A stretch of 63,333 nucleotides of DNA, filler included, from Choristocarpus tenellus KU-1152 (taxonomy: Eukaryota > Protista > Phaeophyceae), in assembly GCA_964200185.2 (NCBI GenBank). It is 12 parts of 12 records of this genome, joined end to end, with 100 filler letters (N's around TTAATTAATTAA, not from the genome) between each part and the next. Parts side by side here need not be neighbours in the genome. Positions count along the whole stretch, not along the records: positions 1 to 4,792 come from CAXNAD020013041.1; positions 4,893 to 11,210 come from CAXNAD020008401.1; positions 11,311 to 14,962 come from CAXNAD020018716.1; 9 more parts are not named here. The stretch is one strand, 5' to 3'. Below, one piece after another: positions 1-13,384 of the stretch (positions within the stretch are counted from its first letter, which is position 1; the number at the start of each line of letters is the position of its first letter). The position numbers and the translations under genes were made by a program. The notes under the pieces were generated by a model. That model had not been told where the DNA came from, searched no databases, and worked only from the letters and a program-made list of their open reading frames with translations.

Positions 1-60
1 TAATATAGGGTTTGGTGGCAAAGTTGTCGTTGTGTGTTTTTGTGTTGTTTTTGATGAGGC

Positions 61-222
61 GGGGGGGGGAGGGGTCTACACCAGGGTGTCCATTTCGGGC
101 AAAACCAGGAAAAGTGCACTTACCATAACCATCTGATGTATGCAACCAAATCACCCAAAAATCGTGACAAGAAAAATTGACCCCAAATGGAGAGCCACCA
201 CCCCCCTCCAGATACTTCGAGC
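61..222. mobile_element. MITE family C (TIR GACCCAAAGTATCTGGAG followed by poly-G)
   Basis: Same body as 4643-4792 and 11311-11388 (inverted). Its ends also appear at 19219, about 29186 and 33033-33057, mostly at contig ends. Confidence 0.7.
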
Positions 223-349
223 CTTTCCAGTTGTCTGTTTGGCTTTTTGTGTGTTTTGTTGTATATTGTACGAAGAATTCCTTGTATGAAAGTGTCAGGA
301 AAAAGGGTACAGAAAATATGTTTCTTGACATATTTCACCAACAAGGTAA

Positions 350-388
<39 letters not shown>

Positions 389-501
389 ATGTGTTCACCC
401 CTGAACCTCAATAAGTTGTCAACATGGTTTCCTTCGCCCATTCACCCGGTGTCCTCAACCTCCAACCTCATTGATCGCTGATTGGTGTTTTTTGTTTGCA
501 G

Positions 502-654
502 GCAATGCTGCTAAACGATGTGCTAGGAGTAGAGCGCGACATTACAGAGTTTGGCATGGATGTTGAAGCTCCGTACGGCAGCCTTGGAGTTGATACTTCT
601 GAGTTTGTTCGACAGTTTGACGAGTTTGTTGAGGAAATCGTGGACTTGGTGTAG
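502..654 (+). CDS. Probable terminal exon of an unidentified protein (AMLLNDVLGVERDITEFGMDVEAPYGSLGVDTSEFVRQFDEFVEEIVDLV*)
   Basis: T-rich tract and ttgcag acceptor ending at 501, then 50 protein-like codons to TAG at 652-654. Upstream exons lie outside the window. Family not recognised. Confidence 0.55.
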   Translation, partial: AMLLNDVLGVERDITEFGMDVEAPYGSLGVDTSEFVRQFDEFVEEIVDLV

Positions 655-3600
655 AAAACATGTTCTGGTGTGGTGTTAATGGTGCTTAGGTGGACAATCT
701 CTGCCTGGCATGTGGTGGTGGTGTTGAATGTGGTGCTGCAAGACAAGCACCCTGTTGTACAATAATACTCTTCAAGCGTCCTTCTCAATATGAGAGGTTT
801 GTTGTTCTTTTTCTTCGCAAGGTAGAATACCCTTACCCTGTGATCTGAATTTCTAAAGTGGCAAAAATTCTTCTGTGGCTAGACCAAGCATTTCGCTTGC
901 ATACAATATAGACACATACAATACACAGCTTTTGGATTTTGCAACTAGCATGTAAGCAACCAGCACTAGCTAGGAACTGTAGTGATGGACCACAGTTGTG
1001 ACCAGTCAGCATCAATGAGGCATTGAATCCCCTCTTTTGCCTGCACAGTCCACTGTTTTTTTTATGGTATTCTTTGGTAAGGTCCTTTGACAGTGTACAA
1101 TTACAACACTCTATTTTGGCACCTCAGGCATAGCAATAAAGTAATGACTTGTGATTGTCTTGTAGCCCCTTGTCTCTTCTTTAGTGAATGTGCATCGTTG
1201 TGGCAGACTCAGAAAGATGAAGGTCAGTCCTCTGCTGTTGTCGTTTAATTCTCTTTGTACCACATGTCTTAAGTCTTGTTAGGGTCTGTCACTCACGACG
1301 ATCTCTCTCTCTCTCTCTCTCTCCCTCTCACACACACGCACACATAGTTGCAGTGGGTGGTGCTGTCCTTCCTTATGTTGCTTGCTGTTGGCTACCAGGT
1401 GTTACGTTTGGTACATAGAATGATTAATGGGTTGTTTGCCTGTCAATGAATACAGACCATTTCTGCTTTATTTGCTCTTGCCGGGCAAAATCTAACGATG
1501 AGCCCTTCCCTGTCTCCATTCAGAATATTTCACACTTTGTACCTAACATAGAATCAGTTGACCTCACAGAGTCACTCACGGAAATACAGAAGTGAGATTT
1601 CCTAGAAATTGAAGTTTCTTGGTCGTTCAGATTCGTGAGAGTGCAAAGATGTAAATTTCTCATGGACAGTGTGGTTTGTGGCAAGCGGGGAGCTGGTTAA
1701 GATGAGGTCCAATCCAGCCTTGTGTGTAGGCGCTTGCTCTGTATCCACATTTTGCCCCCAGCCCCCCCCACCCGCCAAACTGTTACATAACGAAAATTGT
1801 AACAGCCGTAACTGTCAAAAGTGACCACAATTAACAAGGTTATTGCAAGCAACACAGCATTGTCCCTACGGGATGTATATATATATATATATTCAAATAA
1901 AGCCAGGAATGGGTAGCCCACTTCTTTCTTGATGTGGGTTCTTCTCGATAAATTTGCCGAAGATCAATGCGAAATCAACCACGGTACATAGATGGGAGTA
2001 GCCCCCCCAAACGTCTTACCACAACAAGGGCAACATTACACACCCAAAAACATCCTTAACAACCCCCCACCTATCTCACCAACAAAAAAAAACACTCCTT
2101 CAAATAGGGTCGTCAGGCAGGCTGCCAACTAATCCAGGAAATTCCCAATTTCTACTGACTGAGAAACTGGAGGTTGGTATGATGGTATGGCTTCATGATA
2201 TCATAATTAAATTATACATGGATATCATGCCAAAATGGGGTCCTGTGTAGTCATACCACGCCGCCAACTAAACAGCAAACAAATTAAAACACTGCACATG
2301 AGAGAAAAACAGCCATGCACCAACCAATGCAAGCATTAAAATAGGAAGCAGTGCATGTGATTCAACAAACATTATCGCCCTTGAGGATATCTCCTGAAGC
2401 CTCCTGCTGGATACCTCCCTTTCCTTGGTCGAGGAGTTCCCTCCTTCATGGCCAGTCTTTCCTATGCTGCCTGGTCGTTTCTGCTGCTCTGCATTGGACA
2501 GGCATTTGCCCTACTCGTGCTCAAATCTCCCTACCTAAGGTTATACATCTCAGTATTAGAAGTGGCAGACAGAGAAATTAATCACATATAGTAGATCAAA
2601 ATATGATCCACTAGAGCAATAACACACCTGTACACGCTAAACTTTCACTTCAAATCCATGTAGTGCACATACTTGAATTTTTTTTAAGTGCATCAAAAGT
2701 TGATCGAGTAGGCATGTATTTTGAAGTTTCGACCTTTCAAAGTCACAAAAATTGTGATATATACTCCTTGGGAATAAGTAATACTGAACGACTAACAAGC
2801 ACTAGGAACTCCCTGATACTAGTTCTGTACACTCTTTTCACTATTTTTTTTTACCAGTTACAGCAATATCAAAGATATCATTAAATCTATTTGAAGTGTT
2901 ATCTTGCCGACTTCCTTAAAGTTAATATCAATGGCCTCTCATGTTCTGAGACTAGCGACACCTTATTGTGTGCACACAACAAGCAGAGCAATTTAGGACT
3001 GAGGAGTAGGTTTACTTGGGCATATTATTCTTCCCTCTACTCCCTCCCCCCCTGGGACAAACAAATGCCCAACCACAGGGCAATATTTTTACTATTACTA
3101 ATACAGTACTTTGTGCTAGACATGAAAATGTTGTGCCAAATAACTTATTCTTGACCATTAACTTATCAAGATTCCTAGACTTCGGCAAAATATGCCAGCC
3201 CCCACAGCACATGACAAACGTGGAACAAAACTATGGTATACCCCAACATCAAAAGGAGTCGGTAGGGCACCCCCTTCCCTCCCCAATGCATGAGGCATAA
3301 CGCACAGGTCGCAAGGGAAAAAGAATGGAAATGAATTGCAACGAGGTTTTAGTGCACATCCCTAATAGGCTCGAAAGCATCCCCATCTCATTCTTAATGA
3401 TTCACTATGTTATGGTGAGTTAAAGATACACTCATCCCTTACAAAGGATGTCAGCAACCCCCTTCCCGATTCCGCACACATTAGTTCTGTTTGCTTAATG
3501 CAACTCTTCTCATGGCAATAATACTTTGTTTAGATACCCGCCGAACCCGAATATCACTTCTACGGTGTTACTGCTCTTCTTGTTTTTTAATATGTTTCAT

Positions 3601-3744
3601 TGCAATGTAATAGCCAACCTATACACCCCTCGTTGGCGGCTGGTGATTTAGTTACATGATGACATCCGCCTCACAGGGTGAACATACTGTGTCATGCGCC
3701 CTTGCACATCTATCTCTTTTTCTCAATTGTAGCACAGGCACATA

Positions 3745-3882
3745 ACAGGCGATTTCAAAAATTGAGGATGGAGCTTTTCATTGTCATTTTAAAAAAATCA
3801 TATCGACACTTTATCCCAGTCAATTTTGGGTCAAGCCCATCCTCAATGAAAAGCTCCATCCTCAATTTTTGAAATCGGCTGT
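3745..3882. mobile_element. MITE family D: palindromic, TA-flanked (Tc1/mariner type)
   Basis: TA|ACAGGCGATTTCAAAAATTGAGGATGGAGCTTTTCATTG...CAATGAAAAGCTCCATCCTCAATTTTTGAAATCGGCTGT|TA. Half copies at 14919-14962, 15063-15130 and 52894-53001. Confidence 0.85.
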
Positions 3883-3935
3883 TACATCCTGGTACCCAAC
3901 CGAGTAGTAACCATCACTATAAGACATGAAGTGGT

Positions 3936-4185
3936 GAGCCAAAGTAAACGAGAGGTACCCAGGTTTTGATCGTTTTGAATTTTAAACCACTCCGGTCATC
4001 TCTTGCTATTCACCCTTATTTCTATGGATGAAGCGCTAAGATTGACTTAATCTCATTGTTTTCTCTATTGTTTGAAAAAATTGATCTAAACAAAACGTCC
4101 TATACACAATCGTACAGAAAGCCGATTTTTGAACATTTTTTGGTCGTCCTTAAAATGCAACCTTGGGTACCTCTCGTTTACTTTT
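3936..4185. mobile_element. MITE family B copy, directly abutting a family A copy
   Basis: GAGCCAAAGTAAACGAGAGGTACCC...GGGTACCTCTCGTTTACTTT. Confidence 0.8.
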
Positions 4186-4445
4186 GGGGCAAAGTATCTT
4201 AGAGGGTAGAGCCGCGTCCATTTGGGGGCGAAAATCCAATATTGCGATTTTGATGTAATTTTGACTATCGTGTTTGTTAGGAAGTGTCAATATCCTTGTT
4301 TGGACACACCTTTTCATAACGTATACATCTTACCTACTCCTAAACATTTCGGAGTAGGTAAAATGTCATTTAAAAAACCCGTGGGAAACCAAGCCCAGAA
4401 CGGACAAACAGGACAAGAATCGTACCCTCTAAGATACTTTCACTC
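4186..4445. mobile_element. MITE family A (about 260 bp, TIR GAGYSAAAGTATCTTAGAGGGTA)
   Basis: TIRs at both ends. Other copies at 5055-5320, 11486-11795, 12405-12679, 12938-13197 and 23763-24023; partial copies at 14863-14918 and about 30945-31141. Confidence 0.85.
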
Positions 4446-4792
4446 ATTTCGCTAAGTGGTCGTGACTGTTGTCAGGCACCCCCCCCCATTCCCTTGATGG
4501 GTTGTCCAAATTACTTTGCCAAACATGATTGATTGAGGAGGAATGGCTGTCCCAGAAATTGGTCTATTCGACCTTTTGACAATCAGATTAGAATTCTCTG
4601 TTAGTCACTTTGTAGGTCGAAGCTACACACAGACCACATGGTGACCCAAAGTATCTGGGAGGGGGAGGGGGGTCTACACCATGGTGTCCATTTGGACCAA
4701 AATCAGGAAAGTGCATTTACAGTATCCATCTGATGTATGCAACCAAATCACCTAAAAAAAAAAAAAAAAAAAAATTGACCCCAAATGGACAG

Positions 4793-4892
4793 NNNNNNNN
4801 NNNNNNNNNNNNNNNNNNNNNNNNNNNNNNNNNNNNTTAATTAATTAANNNNNNNNNNNNNNNNNNNNNNNNNNNNNNNNNNNNNNNNNNNN
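4793..4892. other. Artificial contig linker N44-TTAATTAATTAA-N44
   Basis: Identical 100-bp linkers also start at 11211, 14963, 19319, 24993, 29296, 32933, 49757, 52794, 55479 and 59502. The core gives stop codons in all six frames. Confidence 0.97.
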
Positions 4893-5054
4893 CCCCAACA
4901 TGAACGAAGAAAATGCTAATGCATTGGGGTGAAGATGGTTACTGGTGTCTCTTGACACAGGTTCCCATCTGACCTTCAGACCTGTACACATCCGATCCCA
5001 CTGATGCCACTAAGGGATTGATCGATATTCATCTGGGATACAACTTCAATATCT

Positions 5055-5320
5055 GCGTCAAAGTATCTTAGAGGGTACGAGTTTTGCCCTGTTTGTCCAT
5101 TTGGGGCTTGGCTTCCCTCGGGGTTTTCGGGGTTTTCATGATATTTTCCCGCTCCAAAATATTTCGGAGTAGGAAAAATGCATACAATATGAAAAGGTGT
5201 GTCGAGAACAAGGATATTGACACTTCCTAACAAACACGATAGCCAAAATTACATCAAAATTGCAACATTGGATTTTGATCCCAAATGGACGCGGCTCTAC
5301 CCTCTAAGACAATTTGACTC
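5055..5320. mobile_element. MITE family A copy
   Basis: TIRs present; flanked by the direct repeat ATCT/ATCT. Confidence 0.85.
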
Positions 5321-7909
5321 ATCTTGCTTCACTCCAATCTTAGCCAAAGTATGCAGTAGGAAATTTATGTAAAAGAAGTACATTTCTTGGTTTAATTTTA
5401 TGTGAAGTTAAAACAGTTTGTTGACTAAAAAAAATACCTGACAAAATGACTAGTGCAAGTGGTTGCTGTGCAGTGCACATTGCCTCAGTTGTGGTTGTTT
5501 TGGTAGGCATTTTACAGACCATATTGTTCATCTGACACTCTTCCAATACAGCTCCTATTTTGATCAAGATTTGCTGGAAACTTCTAATAAGTACCCAAAT
5601 ATTTTGTTGACTCAATATGATACAGAACAAATATTGTATCACCATATGTTCCCTCATTTATAGATTGAAGTCATAATTATGATGTTATGGAACAAGCATG
5701 ATACATCATTACTTGTAGGCTGGCGATAAACGAAGACACTTTCAATATTACAACCATAGTTAAGTGTAAAATGCAGATGCAGACACAAATTACATTTGAG
5801 CACAACAGGTTGATCATTGCAAGGAGACATCATTAACGAGGTCGCTGTATGTCCTCACTAGAGTACATTTTCAATCTTTTGCTTGTGTTTCTTTTAGTTC
5901 CAGGTTGTGTGGTGATGATGAAGGGTTTCCCTCCAGCCTCCAACTTGTTATATTGTTTGGATAAGATACGTAATACTCCATATTTAACAATATTCGTATT
6001 GAGTGATAATATCATCCCTTGTCTCTTTACTGCTTGCATGCACCATGCAGCCAGTAAGCACTAAAACATTTCGTGCTCCAACTCTATCTAGCCGACCTTC
6101 CACTCTCTAGCCTGTACTGTGAAGTAGTGGTAAGGCAAGATGTGTGATTATTCCTCCATGTGGTTAGTGAAGATGTTGGTTGTAAGGCGAGCAAGAATGG
6201 AACGTTGCTAGTATTTACACCAACACACAATTGTTGTTTCCTGGGTACCACCTATTGGGGGAGAGGCAAGTATTAATCTGTCCAGCAACAGCTCCAAGGT
6301 AGCAAAAATAAATGGTACTGAGTGCAGTCGAGTCTGGATGGACAGTAAATTCAAAATAGTCAGCATCACAAAATTGATGTCACTTCCAAAACCACACCCC
6401 CAGCGGGATTGTTCTTCGGTGTCGATGCCTTGTGAGCAGTCTCAGAGAAAGGAAAGAGGGGTTAATCAAAATATGTTTTCAACATAATAATAGCCTACCT
6501 TTTCCCCATGTAAGTAAACTATCTCGTGGTAAAGACAATGTTGATGATGAGAGAGGTGAAGACACTGCAACTAAACATACTAAATAAGGAGTTGCATGCT
6601 TGGGTGGCCATCCTTTTCACTAAAGAGATCAACGATTTACCTCAAAAATACCAAAAAATCCTAAGCAAACAAAACAATCAGAAAAATAGCGCACAGTATA
6701 TATATTAAAAAAAAAGTACATCAACACACCAGAGTACATAATTTTTTTTGATAAGGTCAACATATAATGTTGCAAAAACCAAGATGTTCACTTCAAGAAA
6801 GGCACCAATACACACACACACACATACACAAACAAGTGGAGTAAAATGCTTGAGAAGTCACTGTTGGGTGAAAAACATGACTTCACTATTAAATAGCATA
6901 GGTGGCTTCCAGAAGTTGTCAAATAGGTAATCAAGTGGAAGAAATTGATCGAAATTGTACCTCTGTAACAAAAGAACAAATCAAAGAACTATTCCTGTGC
7001 ACAACATGACAATAAACAAGCAATTGTGTTGACTATGAAGGTGGGTGTTGAGCATAAATAGTTGAATGGAAATACTGGCAGTGCCTTGTGGCCGACTAGA
7101 ACATAGTTCATCACCTCCAGGGCTCATGGTTTCTCTGCAACAAATGACATTATCAAAGCGAATAGCTCATAGTCAAATCAATTGGCCAAAACAGCCAAAG
7201 AATGTTCTAAGCCCTCAATTCCCCCAAAGAGTTAGAGTGTCTATTCATACTTGCCTCAATTGTGTGAGCCGATGCCTCTATGATGTACCAGTCAATCAGA
7301 ATACAAAGCGTGGGGAATTCAGAGTGACAAAATAAAAGAAATAAAAGATCCTCAACACATTGAATGAAAATAGACATACAAGCATAATCTACTCACTGCT
7401 GCAAGCACTACCCATCAACCACTGCACAACCCATCCCGACTGGATTGGGGTATGCCCCCTGCCCCTCAACAAAGTAGGTTTGACCATAACCCAAACCTTA
7501 CTGCCAATGCTTGCTAGGTACAAATGATAAAAGAACTAACAAGGACAATAGTCAAGGTTAGTTCACTGCTGGAATGTCAAGACTCCATCAAGACTCATGA
7601 TAAGTTATTTAACTCCCGTCATACAACAAAACAAAAAACAAAACAAAACAAGCCATTAATCAACAACTTCATTGCAAACACAAAAGATGCATGCATCATG
7701 TGTAGGAAGGAAAGGAAGGGGGGTCAGAGAGGGGTCTTGCACACATGAAACAATAAAAGGCATGAGAAGAGGAAACAAAAATAAAAATCACACAGAGACA
7801 ACACACAGACACACACAAGACAGACACACACAAAAACAAATCATACCCCAACCATCATTGAAATAGACATTAAATTGTATTGTACTATACTGCATCGAAT
7901 GGTTGTAGG

Positions 7910-10900
7910 CTACTTCCATGTTTTTAGACGCCACCCCAATACCCCCTCTGCAGATACAATCTCCTCTAGAACCCTATTCTCAGGGGGCTCTCCAGCCAGG
8001 AACTCTCTCTGATCCAGGAGGCTATTCCCATCGCACCTTCCATAATCATGATTCATCCCAGTCGAACTGTATTCAGAACATCAGGAACCATCATTGCAGG
8101 AGGTGACGGAGGTCATCAGGAGGGCAAAAATGCCTCTTATGGGAGCATTCACATCATATCTAGATTTCGTCAATATGTTTGTGTTTATGTTTAGATTATT
8201 TCATGGCACAAAATACCATGTACCTAAAATAACAAAAACAAAAATATCATTTATTTGTTGCCTCTTTTTGGGTGATTGGGTGAGAGTAAGGGGTAATTGA
8301 GGACATCATGCTCTATAATTAAAAAGAGTACAATTATAACATGTTCATTGTACTACTACTAATACACACCCAGTCAAGGAGAAAAATGTGCACTGAATTC
8401 TGATTAAAATTGTTATTAGTCTTGAAGAGGATACTCTGGGCTTCACACAATAAAAATAATAAAACTATAGAGCAAATGACATGCTAGTAAAGGTAAAGGA
8501 CAGAGGTGGCGGAAGTGGGCAGGACATTGTAAAAGCTGGCATCTAGCCACCCTTCAACAACAAAGAGTGCTCTGGACTTGTGGCTCAATGTATCGTGTTG
8601 AGGTTCAAGCAAATAGATCTATACAAGTATCTACAATGTATCAGATCAATTACACCTTCAAACAGTATCTATCACAGACAAATACCAACACACACCATAC
8701 TATCGAATATTCAAAAGGCACAATTATATACTTCAAAACACTGTGATTTATGAAAGGCCAGTGAATGTGAGGCCAGCGTATGTGTATGACAAACTCTCAC
8801 GCACCATATCTGAAAACACCTGCCAAGGTGATGGAAACCCCAGTATTTTCCCACGCGTGTATGTATGCGTAAAATCTGGATTTAGCTTCATGCATGTAGA
8901 AGGGGAGATCCTGTGTATCAATTAATTATCTTGCCCATGCTACTTCATACTGGTAGTTCACAACAAGATGCCTTGCACGCCATAGTTACCCCCCCCCCCC
9001 CCCTCATCCCTCCGCAACAAAATGAAAAAAGAAAATTTACATAATCTGCACAAATTTCACCTCCACAAGGTATGATAGATACACTCCAGACGACATAAGT
9101 ACATTGTCAATTTTGACCAGTTGAACATTCAGCTACTCTGTAGGGATGAAGAGGACTGTGTGAATACACCTCAACACTTCAAACATGCCAACAGAAAAAA
9201 CTATTCTTGATCATTATTTTAAATAAAAATATTGCCTATTCATAGTCTATGGTATGCGGATGCAGGAAAAAATAACATCTCCTTAGCCTACTTTTGCAAT
9301 ACATTCTTGGAATCGGAAAATTTCGAAGCAAAAGGGCGCTAGCCCCCCTGGTTCTTCTCCTGCACCTGGAAGGTTCATTTTCCTCTTCCTTATTATTTTG
9401 GTTTTCACAGCCTTGCTTGCTACAAGGCGATGTACAGTATTCACAGATGACAAACAGATCTTGTCTGTAGTAGTAGCACTAATGTCAAAATAGTTTCAAA
9501 ATACTACGCAAACAAATATCAGCACCATCTAATACACATATAGTACACATATAGTATGATTGATCTAATACACATCTAATGCACCTATAGTATGATTGCA
9601 TTGAATTATTTTTAAATGGTGTATATATATATATATAGAGAGAGAACCAATAAGAAAGAGAAAAATAAAAAGCTCCTTCCATCCAGTCCATCTCAACAAA
9701 ACCATTCAGTGCAGAACACCCCCAAAATAATAATCCTTTTCACATAACCTTCCCCTCCTACCTCCCCTCCTACCTACGAAAACACCAGCCTCTCTATTCG
9801 TGTCACAATCACATTAACAAAACATAAACATAAACAAACACACCTTCGAGCCTTGTCACACATCACACTCTGCACATTGGGATGCTCCAGAATAGCATCA
9901 TTTCCAGGAACAGGTCGTTCCAAGTTTCGCCTAGAGCAAGACGCTTGGATGGCGTTGTCGCTGGGGTTATAGATGTGACAAACTTGGACACCGCTGTCTG
10001 CCAAAACCTATTCAAAACATCAACCACCACGAGTCACATGTTGGGTTCGGGTTAGGGTTAGTGGGGTTCAGCACAGGTAGGGGGAAGGGGAGTGAAGAGG
10101 AAGAAGTCATTCGTGAGATGGTTGATTCACAAAGGAAATGATTTTCATAATTAATAGGCTCGGAGGATATTCATTCCATGCTTCAAAAGGAGCTGAACCC
10201 TAACCCTTGATGCATTAACAAAACACACAAACTACACACTGTCACCATCATACTCCAATATATTTTCATACTTGAATGACTCCATGCAAGATCACTGCTT
10301 CTCCCATGTACAGACTTGAAAAAAGATCAAATACTCCAGGAAGACACCTAGCAGCTGTTGCTATACACAAAGTACTACCACTATATATCCAAAACCATCA
10401 TCAGCCATACTGTCCCTTTCTCCTATATCCTGGCAGTCACTTTAAAAAATGAGAAATGAGATATGGTTCGACAGAAAATATATAAAATGATGTTATACCC
10501 ACAGATATTTTGAACATATCACAAACACCATCATCATATGATTCAAGGTACAACTACAACACTACCCAATTAGCTACCCTTCCAGCCAGCCAGGTTGATC
10601 TTGTTTGAGGGTATATTATATGTTGCGTATACTCTATAGTTGCACATCTACAAAGGTGCTAGTAAAACATTCTCACAGTGTTCCAATCCCGACCCTCACC
10701 AAAAAAAAAAAACTTAGGCACTTGAAAAGTTGCACTTATCTTGACAACAACATGATACAATAAATCTGATATGATAAAATAATGTCACCACAGCAAAACA
10801 ACACACGTACACATGTTTGTCCTGCAGACAATCAACTCAAGTAAAATACCAAAATCAAGTCACCTTAACCATAGAGCGGAAGAACCATGTAGGCACATCT

Positions 10901-11061
10901 GGGGCATCCAGTACAACACGACCAAAGACTTGAAGAAGGTCTTCTCCTTTCCACCTCAATCGGTCCACCAAGTTAAGCAACAGGTAGCACCCCATAGAGT
11001 GTGTCTTCCATGAAAGTCTCATTCCCCCTTCCATCGCTGCTGTCCTTACATCCAGTGCCAC
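7910..11061 (-). CDS. DUF900-like alpha/beta hydrolase (esterase/lipase fold), last three exons; 5' end missing
   Basis: Exons 11061-10864 (phase 0), 10007-9844 (phase 2) and 8066-7910 (stop), all GT-AG and in frame. Motifs in order: THSMG nucleophile elbow, VVLDAPDV, HIYNPSDNAIQAS, MNHDY, then LLDQREFLAGEPPENRVL...WRL. This matches the DUF900 pattern as I recall it. Confidence 0.75.
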
Positions 11062-11485
11062 CTACAAAATAAACAAAGATGTTTTCTAATTACAAAATCA
11101 TGGAACATGTATTTTAAGAAATTATCATCACACACTACCATCACATACTTCTCATACAAACAACCTATGTGTATGTGCCTACACGGGTGTGTAGGGGACA
11201 TGGGAATGGGNNNNNNNNNNNNNNNNNNNNNNNNNNNNNNNNNNNNNNNNNNNNTTAATTAATTAANNNNNNNNNNNNNNNNNNNNNNNNNNNNNNNNNN
11301 NNNNNNNNNNTAAGTGCACTTTTCCTGGTTTTGGGCCGGATGGAACCCTGGTGTAGACCCCCCCCCCCCCCTCCAGATACTTTGGGTCATATTGTGTAGG
11401 AGAGACTACCTCCTGGCTTCACCTAATTGGATTACTATTTGTCTTGACCAGAACCAGCTGCCTGAGTTGCTGCTCGTTGGCGCAT

Positions 11486-11795
11486 GAGCCAAGGCATTTA
11501 AGAGGGTAGGAGTTTTGCCCTGTTTGTCCGTCTTGGGGCTCTGCCTTTCCACGTGTTTTTTACTGCATTTTCCTACTCCGAAACGTTTCGGAGTAGATAA
11601 AATGTGTACGTTTAGGAGTAAGTACAATGTATAAAACTATGAAAAGGTGTGTCCGGAACAAGTATACTGATACTTCCTAACAAACACGATAGCCAAAATT
11701 GCATCAAAATCGTATAATTTAGTTTTGGCCCCCAAGCGGATGCGGCTCTACTCTCTAAAGCGGATGCGGCTCTACTCTCTAAGATGCTTCAACTC
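11486..11795. mobile_element. MITE family A copy (diverged, with a subterminal duplication of about 24 bp)
   Basis: Flanked by GCAT/GCAT; internal sequence shared with the other copies. Confidence 0.8.
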
Positions 11796-12404
11796 GCATG
11801 TCGTACCTTTCTACAAAAAAATTGACAATCTGCGCTTGGTCGCCATCCCATCTATCCCCAGAAGGATAGATGACTGGCCCCTCTCCGTGGTCGACCACAT
11901 ACCCAGGTTGGTGTCTGGACACTGTAGCTCTCACCCACTGTTGTTCAAACTGGGAGTACAACCCCCTGCCCTCAGCACCCCAAAGGAAGGTAGTTTCCTC
12001 CAATAAGGGCATAACCTCCAATATCGGTTCTCAGAAAAGATGCTTCCCTGTCCTCCACCTTATTCTCCTTCCGTCCGTGCTTCCGCTCTTTCTACTCCTT
12101 GCATTGGCTTGGAGTGTATTGCACTCCCTCATCTCCTTCTCTCAGAGCAGTTGGACGCCCTCCTCAACCTCTTCTAGCATGTGCAGCTATTGTAGCCCTC
12201 ACAACAAGGACTTGTCGCCATGTTCACCCTTGTTAACTAACCCACAAAGTATACAAGTCTATCTCCATCATGGATAAATATTCTGTAGACTCTCCCCCTG
12301 ACGAGCATATTCCCACCGTCACACAGAATGAATTCTATCCCTCACCCAAACTTGCCGTGGGAGGTGTCCCCACTGGTTTGTCGTCTGGAGAACACAACAG
12401 GAGA

Positions 12405-12679
12405 GAGTGAAAGTATCTTAGAGGGTACGAGTTTTTCCCTTTTTATCTATTTGGAGCTTAACTGCCCTCATGGTTTTAATGATATTTTACCTACTCCAAA
12501 ATATTTCGGAGTAAATAAATTTCGGTGTAAATAAAAAGTGTACGTTATGAAATGAAATGTCCCGATCAAGGATATTGATATCTCATAACAAAAATGATAG
12601 CCAAGATTACATCAAAATTGCAACATTGAATTTTGGCCCCCAAATGGACGCGGTTCTACCCTCTAAGATACTTTGGCTC
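12405..12679. mobile_element. MITE family A copy
   Basis: TIRs present; flanked by AGA/AGA. Confidence 0.85.
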
Positions 12680-12875
12680 AGAGATCCTCTAATAGTGCCA
12701 GTTGGACTCTGTGGCGAACCTCTGGTAACGTCCCAGAAAAGATTGTGTAGGTTAAAAGGAAGCCAGAGGAACCCAGGGATAAGAACTGCCTGAAGAGGGA
12801 CAACACAGAGAGGTGGTTGTGCGTCCTGTCACGGGGCATATTTTTTCGATTTGGAGGAAATGAGACGGGGACTAA

Positions 12876-13384
12876 GAGTCAAAATAAACGAGAGGTACCT
12901 TGAGGATTCTGATAAATATGTGCGAATTTCGGCTTTTGCGTGAAAGTATCTTAGAGGGTACGAGTTTTGCTCTGTTTGTCCATTTGGAGCTTGGCTTCCC
13001 TCAGGACTTTTATGGCATTTTCCCACTCCAATATTCTTTCGGAGTAGGTAAAATGTATACATTATGAAAAGGTGTGTCCGGAACAAGGATATTGACACTT
13101 CCTAACGAACACGATAGCCAAAATTACATTGAAATTGCAATATTGGATTTTTGACCTCCAAATGGACGCGGCTCTACCCTCTAAGATACTTTGGCTCTTT
13201 TTGGAAAACTGCGCGTGAAGGATTTTCTGATTTCCGTCGAAATGTTCAAGAAACAGAGAAAATGTACTCAAGTCAATCTTAGTACAGCACTTCCCATATA
13301 AATAAGGGTGAATTATAAAGAAATCAAGAAAGAGGCTTAAATTGTAAAACGACCAACCTGGATACCCCTCGTTTACTTTGGGTC
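12876..13384. mobile_element. MITE family B (TIR GAGYCAAAGTAAACGAGAGGTACC) carrying a nested family A copy at 12938-13197
   Basis: Family B TIRs at both ends; the nested copy is flanked by TTTT/TTTT. Other B copies at 3936-4185 and 21538-21794. Confidence 0.8.

Noticed and set aside
2389-2537. Possible minus-strand exon
   Set aside because: All three frames hit stop codons after the candidate acceptor.
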